Shown here in pieces: positions 22,816 to 35,269 of a stretch of DNA of 64,000 bases. Location: assembly GCA_051530055.1 (NCBI GenBank), contig CM121341.1, positions 7,542,784 to 7,606,783 on the forward strand. The letters are read 5' to 3'. The first letter of the stretch is position 1. Every line of letters begins with the position of its first letter. The notes beneath the pieces were generated by a model. The model made no database searches. It had not been told where the DNA came from and was given only the letters and a program-made list of their open reading frames with translations. A program made the translations under genes and the position numbers. This DNA comes from Neoechinorhynchus agilis. Its lineage: Eukaryota > Animalia > Acanthocephala.

Positions 22816-25800
22816 TTGTGTGCGCACTCTACACGCACCTTCCTTCTAGGTCATTGTTCTCTCATTTTGAAGAAACGGTTTCATTATAGAACACTTTTGC
22901 GTTTTTTGTGTTTTCAAAAACTGGAGGATACAACGACGACATCTTCTACACCTACTGATGGAGCGGAGGTGCCCATTGTGGTCGACGAAGACCCTAATTC
23001 TTCGTCTTCAATCGATGATATCTTCAGCACTGCTGACTCTTTGGACAGGTTCCGTAGAGCCAAACAACTATTCACTGAACTAGAATCAAAATGTAGCGGC
23101 AGCAAGGCCTCCAATGCAAAAAGACCCTTACTTAAGGCCAGTAATGCGCCCATTGAAGACGACACTGGGGATCAAGAAACCCAATCGGATTTTCTAACGC
23201 AAACGGCCCAAATGACCACAAGGAGCCTTAAACGAGTCCGATTCAGTGATCGACCAGTTGTTGTCTTCACCACTTTTTCTAGCGAGGAGTACGACCGAAC
23301 CAATGATACCATCGATCCAATGGCTGCATCAGCCGAATATGAACTTGAGAAACGAGTCGAACGACTAAACACCTACGAAGTCACACTCACAAAGGAAGAA
23401 GAGCTGAGCAGTCTTGGATTCACCATTATAGGAATGGGTGTAGGGGCAGATCTTGGTATCGAACGTTTAGGCATGTTCATAAAGTCCATCGCTGATGGTG
23501 GACCCGCTGCTCTGGATGGACGAATTGAAGTCGGAGATCAAATCATTGAAGTCAATGAAAAGAACTTAGTAGGCGTCACACAAGGATACGCCGCTCAAGT
23601 ACTCAAACAGGCCGTGACATGCAGATTCTCAACGTCCATCGCATCTCCTTCTTTTTTTGGGCACCTTTCGGTTTAGCTTTTATACCACAAAGATTTTTAA
23701 ACGGTTTCGTAGGTGCAAAAGGAGGCGAATATTGAGGATCCGAATGGACCGACGCTCTTCCCATTCAAACCCGTAGATTCATTAGTTCAATCGCAAATTG
23801 GGTTTTTTCTGGTGTCCTAAGATGATATTTTCTAAAAGGTTTCGTAAGTATAAAGGGAGGCGAATGCTGAGGAACCGAATGGGCCGGTCCTCTTCCCATT
23901 CAAACCCGTAGATTCATTAGTTAAATCGCAAGTTGGGTTTTTGGTGTCCTAAGATGATATTTTCTAAAAGGTTTCGTAGGTATGAAGGGAGGCGAATGCT
24001 GAGGAACCTAATGGACCGGCCCTCTTCCCATTCAAACCCGTAGATTCATTAGTTAAATCGCAAGTTGGGTTTTTGGTGTCCTAAGATGATATTTTCTAAA
24101 AGGTTTCGTAGGTATGAAGGGAGGCGAATGCTGAGGAACCGAATGGACCGGTCCTCTTCCCATTCAAACCCGTAGATTCATTAGTTCAATCGCAAGTTGG
24201 GTTTTTGGTGTCCTAAGATGATATTTTCTAAAAGGTTTCGTAGGTATAAAGGGAGGCGAATGCTAGGAACCGAATGGACCGGTCCTCTTCCCATTCAAAC
24301 CCGTAGATTCATTAGTTAAATCGCAAGTTGGGTTTTTGGTGTCCTAAGATGATATTTTCTAAAAGGTTTCGTAATTATAAAGGGAGGCGAATGCTGAGGA
24401 ACCGAATGGACCGGTCCTCTTCCCATTCAAACCCGTAGATTCATTAGTTCAATCGCAAGTTGGGTTTTTGGTGTCCTAAGATGATATTTTCTAAAAGGTT
24501 TCGTAGGTATAAAGGGAGGCGAATACTGAGGAACCGAATGGACCGGTCCTCTTCCCATTCAAACCCGTAGATTCATTAGTTCAATCGCAAGTTGGGTTTT
24601 TGTGTCCTAAGATGATATTTTCTAAAAGGTTTCGTAAGTATAAAGGGAGGCGAATGCTGAGGAACCGAATGGACCGGTCCTCTTCCCATTCAAACCCGTA
24701 GATTCATTAGTTCAATCGCAAGTTGGGTTTTTGGTGTCCTAAGATGATATTTTCTAAAAGGTTTCGTAGGTATAAAGGGAGGCGAATGCTGAGGAACCGA
24801 ATGGACCGGTCCTCTTCCCATTCAAACCCGTAGATTCATTAGTTCAATCGCAAGTTGGGTTTTTGGTGTCCTAAGATGATATTTTCTAAAAGGTTTCGTA
24901 AGTATAAAGGGAGGCGAATGCTGAGGAACCGAATGGACCGGTCCTCTTCCCATTCAAACCCGTAGATTCATTAGTTCAATCGCAAGTTGGGTTTTTGGTG
25001 TCCTAAGATGATATTTTCTAAAAGGTTTCGTAAGTATAAAGGGAGGCGAATACTGAGGAACCGAATGGACCGGTCCTCTTCCCATTCAAACCCGTAGATT
25101 CATTAGTTAAATCGCAAGTTGGGTTTTTGGTGTCCTAAGATGATATTTTCTAAAAGGTTTCGTAATTATAAAGGGAGGCGAATGCTGAGGAACCGAATGG
25201 ACCGGTCCTCTTCCCATTCAAACCCGTAGATTCATTAGTTCAATCGCAAGTTGGGTTTTTGGTGTCCTAAGATGATATTTTCTAAAAGGTTTCTAGGTAT
25301 GAAGGGAGGCGAATGCCGAGGAACCGAATGGACCGGTCCTCTTCCCATTCAAACTCGTAGATTCATTAGTTCAATCGCAAATTGGGTTTTTTGGTGTCCT
25401 AAGATGATATTTTCTAAAAGGTTTCGTAAGTATAAAGGGAGGCGAATACTGAGGAACCGAATGGACCGGTCCTCTTCCCATTCAAACCCGTAGATTCATT
25501 AGTTCAATCGCAAGTGGGTTTTTGGTGTCCTAAGATGATATTTTCTAAAAGGTTTCGTAAGTATAAAGGAGGCGAATACTGAGGAACCGAATGGACCGGT
25601 CCTCTTCCCATTCAAACCCGTAGATTCATTAGTTCAATCGCAAGTTGGGTTTTTGGTGTCCTAAGATGATATTTTCTAAAAGGTTTCGTAATTATAAAGG
25701 GAGGCGAATGCTGAGGAACCGAATGGACCGGTCCTCTTCCCATTCAAACCCGTAGATTCATTAGTTAAATCGCAAGTTGGGTTTTTGGTGTCCTAAGATG

Positions 25801-28062
25801 ATATTTTCTAAAAGGTTTCGTAATTATAAAGGGAGGCGAATGCTGAGGAACCGAATGGACCGGTCCTCTTCCCATTCAAACCCGTAGATTCATTAGTTCA
25901 ATCGCAAGTTGGGTTTTTGGTGTCCTAAGATGATATTTTCTAAAAGGTTTCGTAGGTATAAAGGGAGGCGAATACTGAGGAACCGAATGGGCCGGTCCTC
26001 TTCCCATTCAAACCCGTAGATTCATTAGTTCAATCGCAAGTTGGGTTTTTGGTGTCCTAAGATGATATTTTCTAAAAGGTTTCGTAAGTATAAAGGGAGG
26101 CGAATGCTGAGGAACCGAATGGGCCGGTCCTCTTCCCATTCAAACCCGTAGATTCATTAGTTCAATCGCAAGTTGGGTTTTTGGTGTCCTAAGATGATAT
26201 TTTCTAAAAGGTTTCGTAAGTATAAAGGGAGGCGAATGCTGAGGAACCGAATGGACCGGTCCTCTTCCCATTCAAACCCGTAGATTCATTAGTTCAATCG
26301 CAAGTTGGGTTTTTGGTGTCCTAAGATGATATTTTCTAAAAGGTTTCGTAAGTATAAAGGGAGGCGAATACTGAGGAACCGAATGGAATAGTCTCTCTTT
26401 TGTTTGTAAAGACGCATTATATAGTTTTTAGAAATTCTACGGACAGACGTTTATAAAGGCGTGATTAAAACAAACCTGTCTTCCCAGTAAATGTAGCCGT
26501 CGTTGTGTCCGTGTTAGTTTTTCTGCAAAATAACAAGAAAAAGACGACGAGAATCGGTGTGGTAGGTGAAGTTCGATTTTTGATAGGGCGAGAGCCTGAC
26601 CGGGAAAATTCGGAGGTGCTGGCATTGATCCGCGATTCTACTGAACTGGACCATGTTTACGGCGAGGATGAAGTACCTACTAATAGCAGTGATCTTAATT
26701 TGAGTGCAGCTCAGGTTTCAGGAACTGAGGTAGGTTGACCATCTCGAATGAGACATGTTTTTGTTTTCTTCATAGATTCCGATTGAAGTATCGAATAGCG
26801 GTGGGGATGGAAGTGAATCTGAAAATGGTGCCGCCATGTTGGTGGTTGCGTCCGAGGACGACGAAGGACAGGACACTCGATCGTCGTCGCATTTGGCACG
26901 CATAGCGGAGCTGGAGAATGAATTATTGTATTTGCGTAAACAAATTCGAAACTTAGATTCTATCCAACAGAGAAATATTCAGCTGGAAAGAAAGGCTCAA
27001 GGATACGAGAGACGTTGTGAAGAGCTTCAAAGGGTTGTTAGTTCATTTGAGAAGGAACGGGCGCGGTCAGGCACATCGTCCCATCAGAACTCTCCTCCTC
27101 CTACTGCCACTTCAATTTCAAAATCACCACAATCAGCGAATGATATGCCATCATCGGTGATCGATGAAGCTTCATTGGGAAACATAAAGAAAATACCACC
27201 TTCTCTGGTTACGACTGGAGTTGAAACCCCTAAAGAGGAGCAAGAATCATCGAGTCGACCTCAATCAAAGTCTCCAATATCAAACGTGATTCCTCATATG
27301 TTGTCTTCAATGAAGACGCGTTACAATCTTATGAAAACCATATCAAAAGTTAGTCGTCGCGTCGTCAGACCCAGCGGTTCAAAGCAGGAAACACCGCCTC
27401 CTCCTCCTCCGCCTCCACTTGTTCAACCTAATCAAGCTTTTGAACACAGCTTTCCACTCACTCTCGATGACGTCGATGATGTTGCACATGACGGTTGGAG
27501 CAGTTTAAGACAAGAAAGCTCGATGAATAGTCACCGTCAATCGCCTAATGCCATTCTCAGTTCTCGCTCAAACTCAGAACTTTCGACTGCTGCATCGGGA
27601 GTCGGTGGACTCAACACTCTTGTTGAGGCTTCTCATAAACTCATTGCTGGATCAGATGCAGCTGATGGAGGGGCGCCGGAAGGTCTTACCAGGTACCTTC
27701 TAAGCGATCGACGTCCAGTTGATGAGTATTTTATAAAAAATCGACCGGTTGGAGAGTGGACAGCTGATCAAGTATGCAAATGGCTTTGCACGGTTGGTCT
27801 AAGTTCATACGCCCAGACCTTTCTTGAACGAAATGTGAATGGCGATCGACTTCTCCAGCTCGATCAAGGCAAACTTAAAGTTTGTATATGTAACTCGAAC
27901 GGGCAACTATTTGTGTTCTTTTTTTAGACCCTTGGATTAAAATCATCAAAGCAACGGGATCATGTTCGTCTTTTAATCAAAAAACTAAGAGAAAATGATA
28001 AACACAGGAAGACGTCCGCTGGCACAAACACTGGCTGCGTTCAATTTGGCGGCTCTGCTTGA
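22816..28062 (+). CDS. PPP1R9A: Neurabin/spinophilin (PP1 regulatory subunit 9): PP1-binding motif, PDZ, coiled coil, SAM; 5' end uncertain
   Basis: KRVRFSDRPVVVFTTFSSEEYDRTNDTIDPMAASAEYELEKRVERL is the RVxF PP1 site and neurabin signature. PDZ: LGFTIIGMGVGADLGIERLGMFIKSI..GRIEVGDQIIEVN..VRFLIGRE. A coiled coil and a SAM domain follow (WTADQVCKWL..NVNGDRLLQLD..TLGL). Short GT..AG introns at 26731-26776 and about 27880-27927; stop at 28060-28062. Confidence 0.92.
23697..26388. repeat. Satellite B, 132-bp monomer, about 20 copies, inside the neurabin PDZ intron
   Basis: GACCGGTCCTCTTCCCATTCAAACCCGTAG recurs at 24277, 24409 and 24541 (period 132); highly homogeneous. Confidence 0.97.
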
Positions 28063-29082
28063 ATCGCTCGACGCTATCTTGTATATATACAAATTCTGTC
28101 TTCGATCGGTGCGTGTGATTGTGAAAGATTATTTTTGAGAGAGAGAGAATTCAGATTGGAAGGCGTGTCCATGGTGAGTGTAAGGTGAGCTGGTTAACTA
28201 TCCATTTTAAAGTGTTTTATGGTCACATTTTCCCTGTCCCCTAGAAGTTGAATAGTAGTTTGAATTCTGTTTCCAAAAAACCTACAATTTTTAATGACGT
28301 TTTCATTTGTGAGCGTAGTTTTGACAGTTAAAGGAAGTGAAAGTCTCAAGTGTCGCCGTTATGCAATCTTAGACGCGATTCTTCATTTTCATAAAAGAAG
28401 TTGACAATCGTATTGAGGAATGCGAATACTCTTTTTGGGCATAAACGTGATTGTATCAACGATTTTTAGGACGACTGAAATAAATTCTCAGTGCTTTAAA
28501 ATCGTGTTTGCCACAGATATACACACACATTTCTATCTGAGACAATCTTCAGAATCGACGATAACGTAATTTTTCGACGATTCATCAATGATTCCGACTC
28601 TGCTTTTGTTTGCATGCGCCTTAAAAACAAACATTAAAAAGACGATAAGACATCATCTTTCGAGCTGTTTAACGATTCTTTACGTAAAAGAATTTGCAAT
28701 GAGTCCCTTTTGGGTATTTTTCTTCTTTATGAAAGAGAACAAAATAATAACTCCATTTCAGTACAATTACACGCTTTACGTGGGTGTCAGAAATGAATAC
28801 CCCGCTTCTTTGTAACGCAATACATAGCAGAGCTATGCCTGCCGTGGAGATTTCGACGGATCTTCGCTGCTACGGTCGCCCGAGAAGTTTGCTAGAAATC
28901 CTGAACATTAAAAGGCAAAAGTCCCCGAGCTGAAATCATGGTGATCGCTGACTGCCTTCGATTGTTCACCATCGTTTCAACTTCTGGTTTTGCCATTTGG
29001 ACCGCGTAAATTGCCGGACAAATCCTCAAATCCGAGGTGGCCATCAAGGACGGAATGCCTGTCGTGGAGATTTCCACCTGTT

Positions 29083-29293
29083 GAAGCCCTTGACGAAACC
29101 GAGATGGTCAACTACTACTGTGTTTTGTAATCGAAAAACTCGGACTTCTTAGTTTTAGTAGAAAACCGCCATTCCGAAATCTCTCTCTCTCAAAAACTTC
29201 GGCATAAAATAAGTTTAATAAGAAAAACTATATATGATGGTTAAAATATAATAAATGAAGAATAAATATGAAGCTATAAATGGAGCGTCCTAA
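29083..29293. repeat. Dispersed repeat of about 210 bp; second copy inverted at 47820-48030
   Basis: Near-identical reverse complement of 47820-48030. No terminal inverted repeats seen. Confidence 0.9.
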
Positions 29294-30482
29294 ATACGTA
29301 GAGCTCCTTGAGACGCATTCAGTTGCATGAAAACCGAATGTGGACTTCGTTCTACCATGGGATCCGGATGATTTTGGAGTAGATTGTAGTGTCCTTCATT
29401 GTTTCTGTCCCATTCAACAGGTGGAAATTCATATTCGATTAATGAATCGGGAGATGGTGGACTAGATTCTGGTTGATTGTCGAACGATGGATGGGGTAAA
29501 TCGTATTCTATACGATTTCGTCGCTTCGTATTCCATTCAATGCTTTCCTATATCAGGATAGATTTAGAATAAAACAAAAAAGACTTACCATTTGATTGTA
29601 AAACCCAATCTTCCTGGCTTCCCGTACAATAGAGTCTCGATCAATAAGGGATTCTGGGTGACATTGCTGATATTTCATAGGATCTACAGTTGCAACGCCT
29701 AGATTCCAAATTCGGCGATGAACTTGAGGAGTCCCGTCGTTCATAATGACGATATTTCGACGTGAAGTAGGAGGCGGAGCTGGTGGAGCTTTCTGGTAGA
29801 TGATTTTACGCTTCGGAGTAGCTGGATAAGGTAGCCATCGTTCCACGAGGACATCTCTTGGTTTAGGTGGTAGAGGAGGAAATCGTTCCACAACAATTCT
29901 CCGTTGTGGTCTCGGAGGTGGTGATAATCGTTTGAATACTAATTGAGGTGGAATCGGTTTTGGCGGATGTGGTGGGAGTTCCCTTAATATGAGAGGTGGT
30001 GGTGTTGGTGGAGGCTTTGGCCTTTCCCGGATGTATATGGGCGCCGGTGTTGGTGGACGAGGAGGTCGGATTTCCCGGATGATTATAACTCCCGGCTCTG
30101 GAACTGGTGGAGGTTTCAGATATTTAAAGAAGATTTTTTGAACATAAGGTTCCATGTATTGTTGCTTGTATTCTTTACGGATAATCACTGGAGATTGTTC
30201 GTGGAATGTCTTGAGACTTATATCGTCAGTAAAAGATTGATGGGATATTGCACAAGATTCGTTCTTTTCCAAAGGATCCGTTGACAATTTGTAATTTTGA
30301 ATGGGCTCTACACATTGGTCGTTTTCCAAAACTTCATTCATTGTTACTGCATCCATGCTTTGAACATCTTCTGTTTTGATAGTTTGATGATGGAAATGGA
30401 TCTCCGCTGTTTTAGGATTAATTGTTTCTTCGACGAGATTCGACATAGTCTTAGGCACTTCTGTCTTGTAGTCTTGAGACAT
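29290..30482 (-). CDS. Proline-rich articulin/alveolin-like cortical cytoskeletal protein; two exons
   Basis: Alternating charged-hydrophobic and Pro runs (IIIREIRPPRPPTPAPIYIRERPKPPPTPPPLILRELPP..RIVVERFPPLPPKPRDVLVERWLPY). 41-nt GT..AG intron at 29548-29588; exon 2 is open for 86 codons to TAG at 29290. Confidence 0.75.
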
Positions 30483-30774
30483 TAAAGTGGCGATTGCAAC
30501 AATAAACGTCGAGTGCACTTATTCGCGCCGAAAGGGGATATAATTATTTGCGAACAAAACGAACTTAAAATTTGGTTTGTTTTTGTTGTGCAAAACATGT
30601 TCAATCAGAAGCTGGATCAATATGTTTCGATGTTTGTTAGATTGCATATATCTACAAATCTTCAATCAGGTTTCACCTATTCGCAACTTGCGCAAACAAC
30701 TAAAAATGGTATTAGCAGCAACGAAACATCCAACAAGTGAAATGAACTTAGAAAGCTAAAGTAAACATCGTACA

Positions 30775-33700
30775 GCGGCCCCAAAGAAGAGAGTGATTCC
30801 ATCTCCGGCGAAGCCAAAGTCCGATAAATCCTTCACTGGGTTTCTATTCCGCTCAGATTGCAAATGACAGGATTCAATCATTTCTTAGGGACGTCGAGTG
30901 AGTCGATTCGTTGGCGCGAAGCAACCACAGGACTTTCCCCAGAGAGAGTGATTCCATCTCCGGCGAAGCCAAAGTCCGATAAATCCTTCACTGGGTTTCT
31001 GTTCCGCTCAGATTATAAGCGACAGGATGGAATCATTTCTTAGGGACGTCGAGTGAGTCGATTCGTTAGCACGAAGCAACCACAGGACTTTCCTCAGAAA
31101 GGGTGATTCCATCTCCAGCGAAGCCAAAGTCTGATAAATCCTTTACTGGGTTTCTATTCCTCTCAGATTATAAGCGACAGGATGGAATCATTTCTTAGGG
31201 ACGTCGAGTGAGTCATTCGTTAGCAAAAACCACAGGACTTTCCCAGAGGAGTGATTCCATCTCCGGTGAAGCCAAAGTCTGATAAATCCTTTACTGGGTT
31301 TCTATTCCGCTCAGATTGCAAATGACAGGATGGAATCATTTCTTAGGGACGTCGAGTGAGTCGATTCGTTAGCACGAAGCAACCACAGGACTTTCCTCAG
31401 AAGGGGGGGTGATTCCATCTCCAGCGAAGCCAAAGTCTGATAAATCCTTTACTGGGTTTCTATTCCGCTCAGATTGCAAATGACAGGATGGAATCATTTC
31501 TTAGGGACGTCGAGTGAGTCGATTCGTTAGCACGAAGCAACCACAGGACTTTCCTCAGAAGGGGGGTGATTCCATCTCCGGTGAAGCCAAAGTCTGATAA
31601 ATCCTTTACTGGGTTTCTATTCCGCTCAGATTACAAACGACAGGATGAAATCATTTCTTAGGGACGTCGAGTGAGTCGATTCGTTGGCGCAAAGCAACCA
31701 CAGGACTTTCCTCAGAAAGGGGAGTGATTCCATCTCCAGCGAAGCCAAAGTCTGATAAATCCTTTACTGGGTTTCTATTCCGCTCAGATTGCAAATGACA
31801 GGATTCAATCATTTCTTAGGGACGTCGAGTGAGTCGATTCGTTGGCGCGAAGCAACCACAGGACTTTCCTCAGAGAGAGTGATTCCATCTCCGGCGAAGC
31901 CAAAGTCTGATAAATCCTTTACTGGGTTTCTATTCCGCTCAGATTATAAGCGACAGGATGGAATCATTTCTTAGGGACGTCGAGTGAGTCGATTCGTTAG
32001 CACGAAGCAACCACAGGACTTTCCTCAGAAGGGGGTGATTCCATCTCCGGGAAGCCAAAGTCTGATAAATCCTTTACTGGGTTTCTATTCCGCTCAGATT
32101 GCAAATGACAGGATGAATCATTTCTTAGGGACGTCGAGTGAGTCGATTCGTTGCGAAGAACCACAGGACTTTCCTCAGAGGTGATTCCTTCCGGAACCAA
32201 AGTCGATAAATCCTTACTGGTTTTCAGATTAAGACAGGATGGAATCATTTCTTAGGGACGTCGAGTGAGTCGATTCGTTAGCACGAAGCAACCACAGGAC
32301 TTTCTCAGAAAGGGGGTGATTCCATCTCCAGCGAAGCCAAAGTCTGATAAATCCTTTACTGGGTTTCTATTCCGCTCAGATTACAAACGACAGGATGGAA
32401 TCATTTCTTAGGGACGTCGAGTGAGTCGATTCGTTAGCACGAAGCAACCACAGGACTTTCCTCAGAAGGGGGGGTGATTCCATCTCCAGCGAAGCCAAAG
32501 TCTGATAAATCCTTTACTGGGTTTCTATTCCGCTCAGATTGCAAATGACAGGATGGAATCATTTCTTAGGGACGTCGAGTGAGTCGATTCGTTGTTGGCG
32601 ATTTGTGTAGCAAAATAACCACAGGACTTTCCTCAGATGGAGTGATTCCATTTCCGGTGAAGCCAAAGTCTGATAAATCCTTTACTGGGTTTCTATTCCG
32701 CTCAGATTGCAAATGACAGGATGGAATCATTTCTTAGGGACGTCGAGTGAGTCGATTCGTTAGCGCGAAGCAACCACAGGACTTTCCTCAGAGAGAGTGA
32801 TTCCATCTCCGGCGAAGCCAAAGTCCGATAAATCCTTTACTGGGTTTCTATTCCGCTCAGATTATAAGCGACAGGATGGAATCATTTCTTAGGGACGTCG
32901 AGTGAGTCGATTCGTTAGCACGAAGCAACCACAGGACTTTCCTCAGAAAGGGGGGTGATTCCATCTCCAGCGAAGCCAAAGTCTGATAAATCCTTTACTG
33001 GGTTTCTATTCCTCTCAGATTATAAGCGACAGGATGGAATCATTTCTTAGGGACGTCGAGTGAGTCGATTCGTTAGCACGAAGCAACCACAGGACTTTCC
33101 TCAGAAGGGGGGTGATTCCATCTCCAGCGAAGCCAAAGTCTGATAAATCCTTTACTGGGTTTCTATTCCGCTCAGATTGCAAATGACAGGAAGGAATCAT
33201 TTCTTAGGGACGTCGAGTGAGTCAATTCGTTGTTGGCGACATTTCAATGCCGAGAAATAGAAAAGAAGAAAGTAGCAAAATAACCACAGGACTTTCCTCA
33301 GATGGAGTGATTCATCCGGTGAAGCCAAAGTCTGATAAATCCTTTACTGGGTTTCTATTCCGCTCAGATTGCAAACGACAGGATGGAATCATTTCTTAGG
33401 GACGTCGAGTGAGTCGATTCGTTAGCACGAAGCAACCACAGGACTTTCCTCAGAAGGGGGGTGATTCCATCTCCAGCGAAGCCAAAGTCTGATAAATCCT
33501 TTACTGGGTTTCTATTCCGCTCAGATTGCAAATGACAGGATGGAATCATTTCTTAGGGACGTCGAGTGAGTCGATTCGTTGGGTGATCATTTCTTAGGGA
33601 CGTCGAGTGAGTCGATTCGTTGCGAAGCAACCACAGGACTTTCCTCAGAAGGGGGGGTGATTCCATCTCCAGCGAAGCCAAAGTCTGATAAATCCTTTAC

Positions 33701-34197
33701 TGGGTTTCTATTCCGCTCAGATTGCAAATGACAGGAGGAATCATTTCTTAGGGACGTCGAGTGAGTCAATTCGTTGTTGGCGACATTTCAATGCCGAGAA
33801 ATAGAAAAGAAGAAAGTAGCAAAATAACCACAGGACTTTCCTCAGATGGAGTGATTCCATTTCCGGTGAAGCCAAAGTCTGATAAATCCTTTACTGGGTT
33901 TCTATTCCGCTCAGATTGCAAACGACAGGATGGAATCATTTCTTAGGGACGTCGAGTGAGTCGATTCGTTAGCACGAAGCAACCACAGGACTTTCCTCTG
34001 ATTTCAATGCCGAGAATGGTGCAATCCACAGGACTTTCCCCAGATGGAGTGATTCCATTTCCGGTGAAGCCAAAGTCTGATAAATCCTTTACTGGGTTTC
34101 TATTCCGCTCAGATTGCAAACGACAGGATGGAATCATTTCTTAGGGACGTCGAGTGAGTCGATTCGTTAGCACGAAGCAACCACAGGACTTTCCTCG
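30775..34197. repeat. Satellite D, about 155-bp monomer, about 22 copies, with insertion variants
   Basis: CACAGGACTTTC recurs at 30926, 31081, 31231, 31384, 31542 and onward. Confidence 0.97.
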
Positions 34198-34317
34198 GAG
34201 GATAAAAGTGACTGTTGAGCGATATAACCTCTTAGTATGAGAAAGATACCTCATGGAGTTGGAAATAATTTTGAGGAAATACATTAGAAAGCATGAAATA
34301 TATTGACACATTAAAAC

Positions 34318-34761
34318 TTATTTATAATTAGGATTTCCGTCTTGATCCAAAACATCATTTTCCACTAAAAGGCTTTTTAATTTGCCTTCTTTTTCCATTG
34401 ATGCCAATATGTCGTATCCTCCTTGGAATTGCCCATTGATGTATATTTGAGGAAAAGTCGGCCAATCGCTATAAACCTTCATATCTGTTCTCAATTGTTC
34501 ATCTCTCAGAACATCGTGAGTTTCGTAGAATACTTTATGATCATTGAGCATATCGACGACGGCCTTACTAAATCCACACATTGGTTGTGCTGGAGAACCT
34601 TTCATAAACAGGACAACTTTGGCTCTGCCTCCTTTCACCATGCGATCGATTCGATCAATTACTGGTTTCGAAAGATTGGACACGTATCGTCCTCGAACAA
34701 TCAACGGAGAACAATCGAAAAGAATTGGTCGAAATACTAAACCGATTCGAGCGAACATCAT
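34318..34761 (-). CDS. GLRX5: Monothiol glutaredoxin-5, mitochondrial, intronless
   Basis: VVLFMKGSPAQPMCGFSKAVV (CGFS), DVLRDEQLRTDMKVYSDWPTFPQIYINGQFQGGYDI, and an Arg-rich N-terminal presequence (MMFARIGLVFRP). Confidence 0.96.
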   Translation of the reverse strand: MMFARIGLVFRPILFDCSPLIVRGRYVSNLSKPVIDRIDRMVKGGRAKVVLFMKGSPAQPMCGFSKAVVDMLNDHKVFYETHDVLRDEQLRTDMKVYSDWPTFPQIYINGQFQGGYDILASMEKEGKLKSLLVENDVLDQDGNPNYK

Positions 34762-34871
34762 GCTCCTATCTGCAATCATCACATCGATTATTAATTTAAG
34801 AAAAAAAATCAAGTGCGCAGCGCTTAAAATAGGAAAAAAAGGAGCCAATTGGTAAAAATGGCAACTTCGCT

Positions 34872-35026
34872 AATTAGCGATGTTGGATTCAGAAAATAGA
34901 TTTATCTTGAAAATTTTCGGCCTTTTCGTTGGTCTTCTACACTTGCAAACAATTGACTAAAGAAGGCCAACAAAAAGGCCGAAAATTTCACGATAAATCT
35001 ATTCTCTGAATCAAACATCGCTAATT
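34872..35026. mobile_element. MITE-like foldback (about 66-bp arms, about 24-nt spacer); related arm at about 61250-61320
   Basis: AATTAGCGATGTTGGATTCAGAAAATAGATTTATC..GGCCTTTTCGTTGGTCTTC pairs with 34963-35026. The same sequence recurs at 61250-61320. Confidence 0.75.
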
Positions 35027-35269
35027 GAAACTACAATGAATAATTTCTTTACAATTACGCTGATGAAAGAATGAGCGATATATTTGGTAGGTGTTAAATT
35101 CCGTGGCTGATCGTTATTGCGTTGATCGGACGCAGGATCTTGATTGTCATCATCAACGCCATCTTTTTTAGTTAGGGAGAACCACACGGAAGAACTTATT
35201 ACCGTCAGCAACAGGAGTGAATTATGTCACTGACGTTCTTTTCCCGAGAATCTCTACGCTCAGCTCGTG

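Noticed and set aside
20803-34144. Short ORFs within satellites A, B and D (and likewise C)
   Set aside because: They are repeated translations of satellite monomers with shifting frames and no domain signal.
30748-34292. 9-bp direct repeat TTAGAAAGC on both sides of satellite D as a target-site duplication
   Set aside because: No terminal inverted repeats lie inside it, and an AT-rich 9-mer match is plausible by chance.
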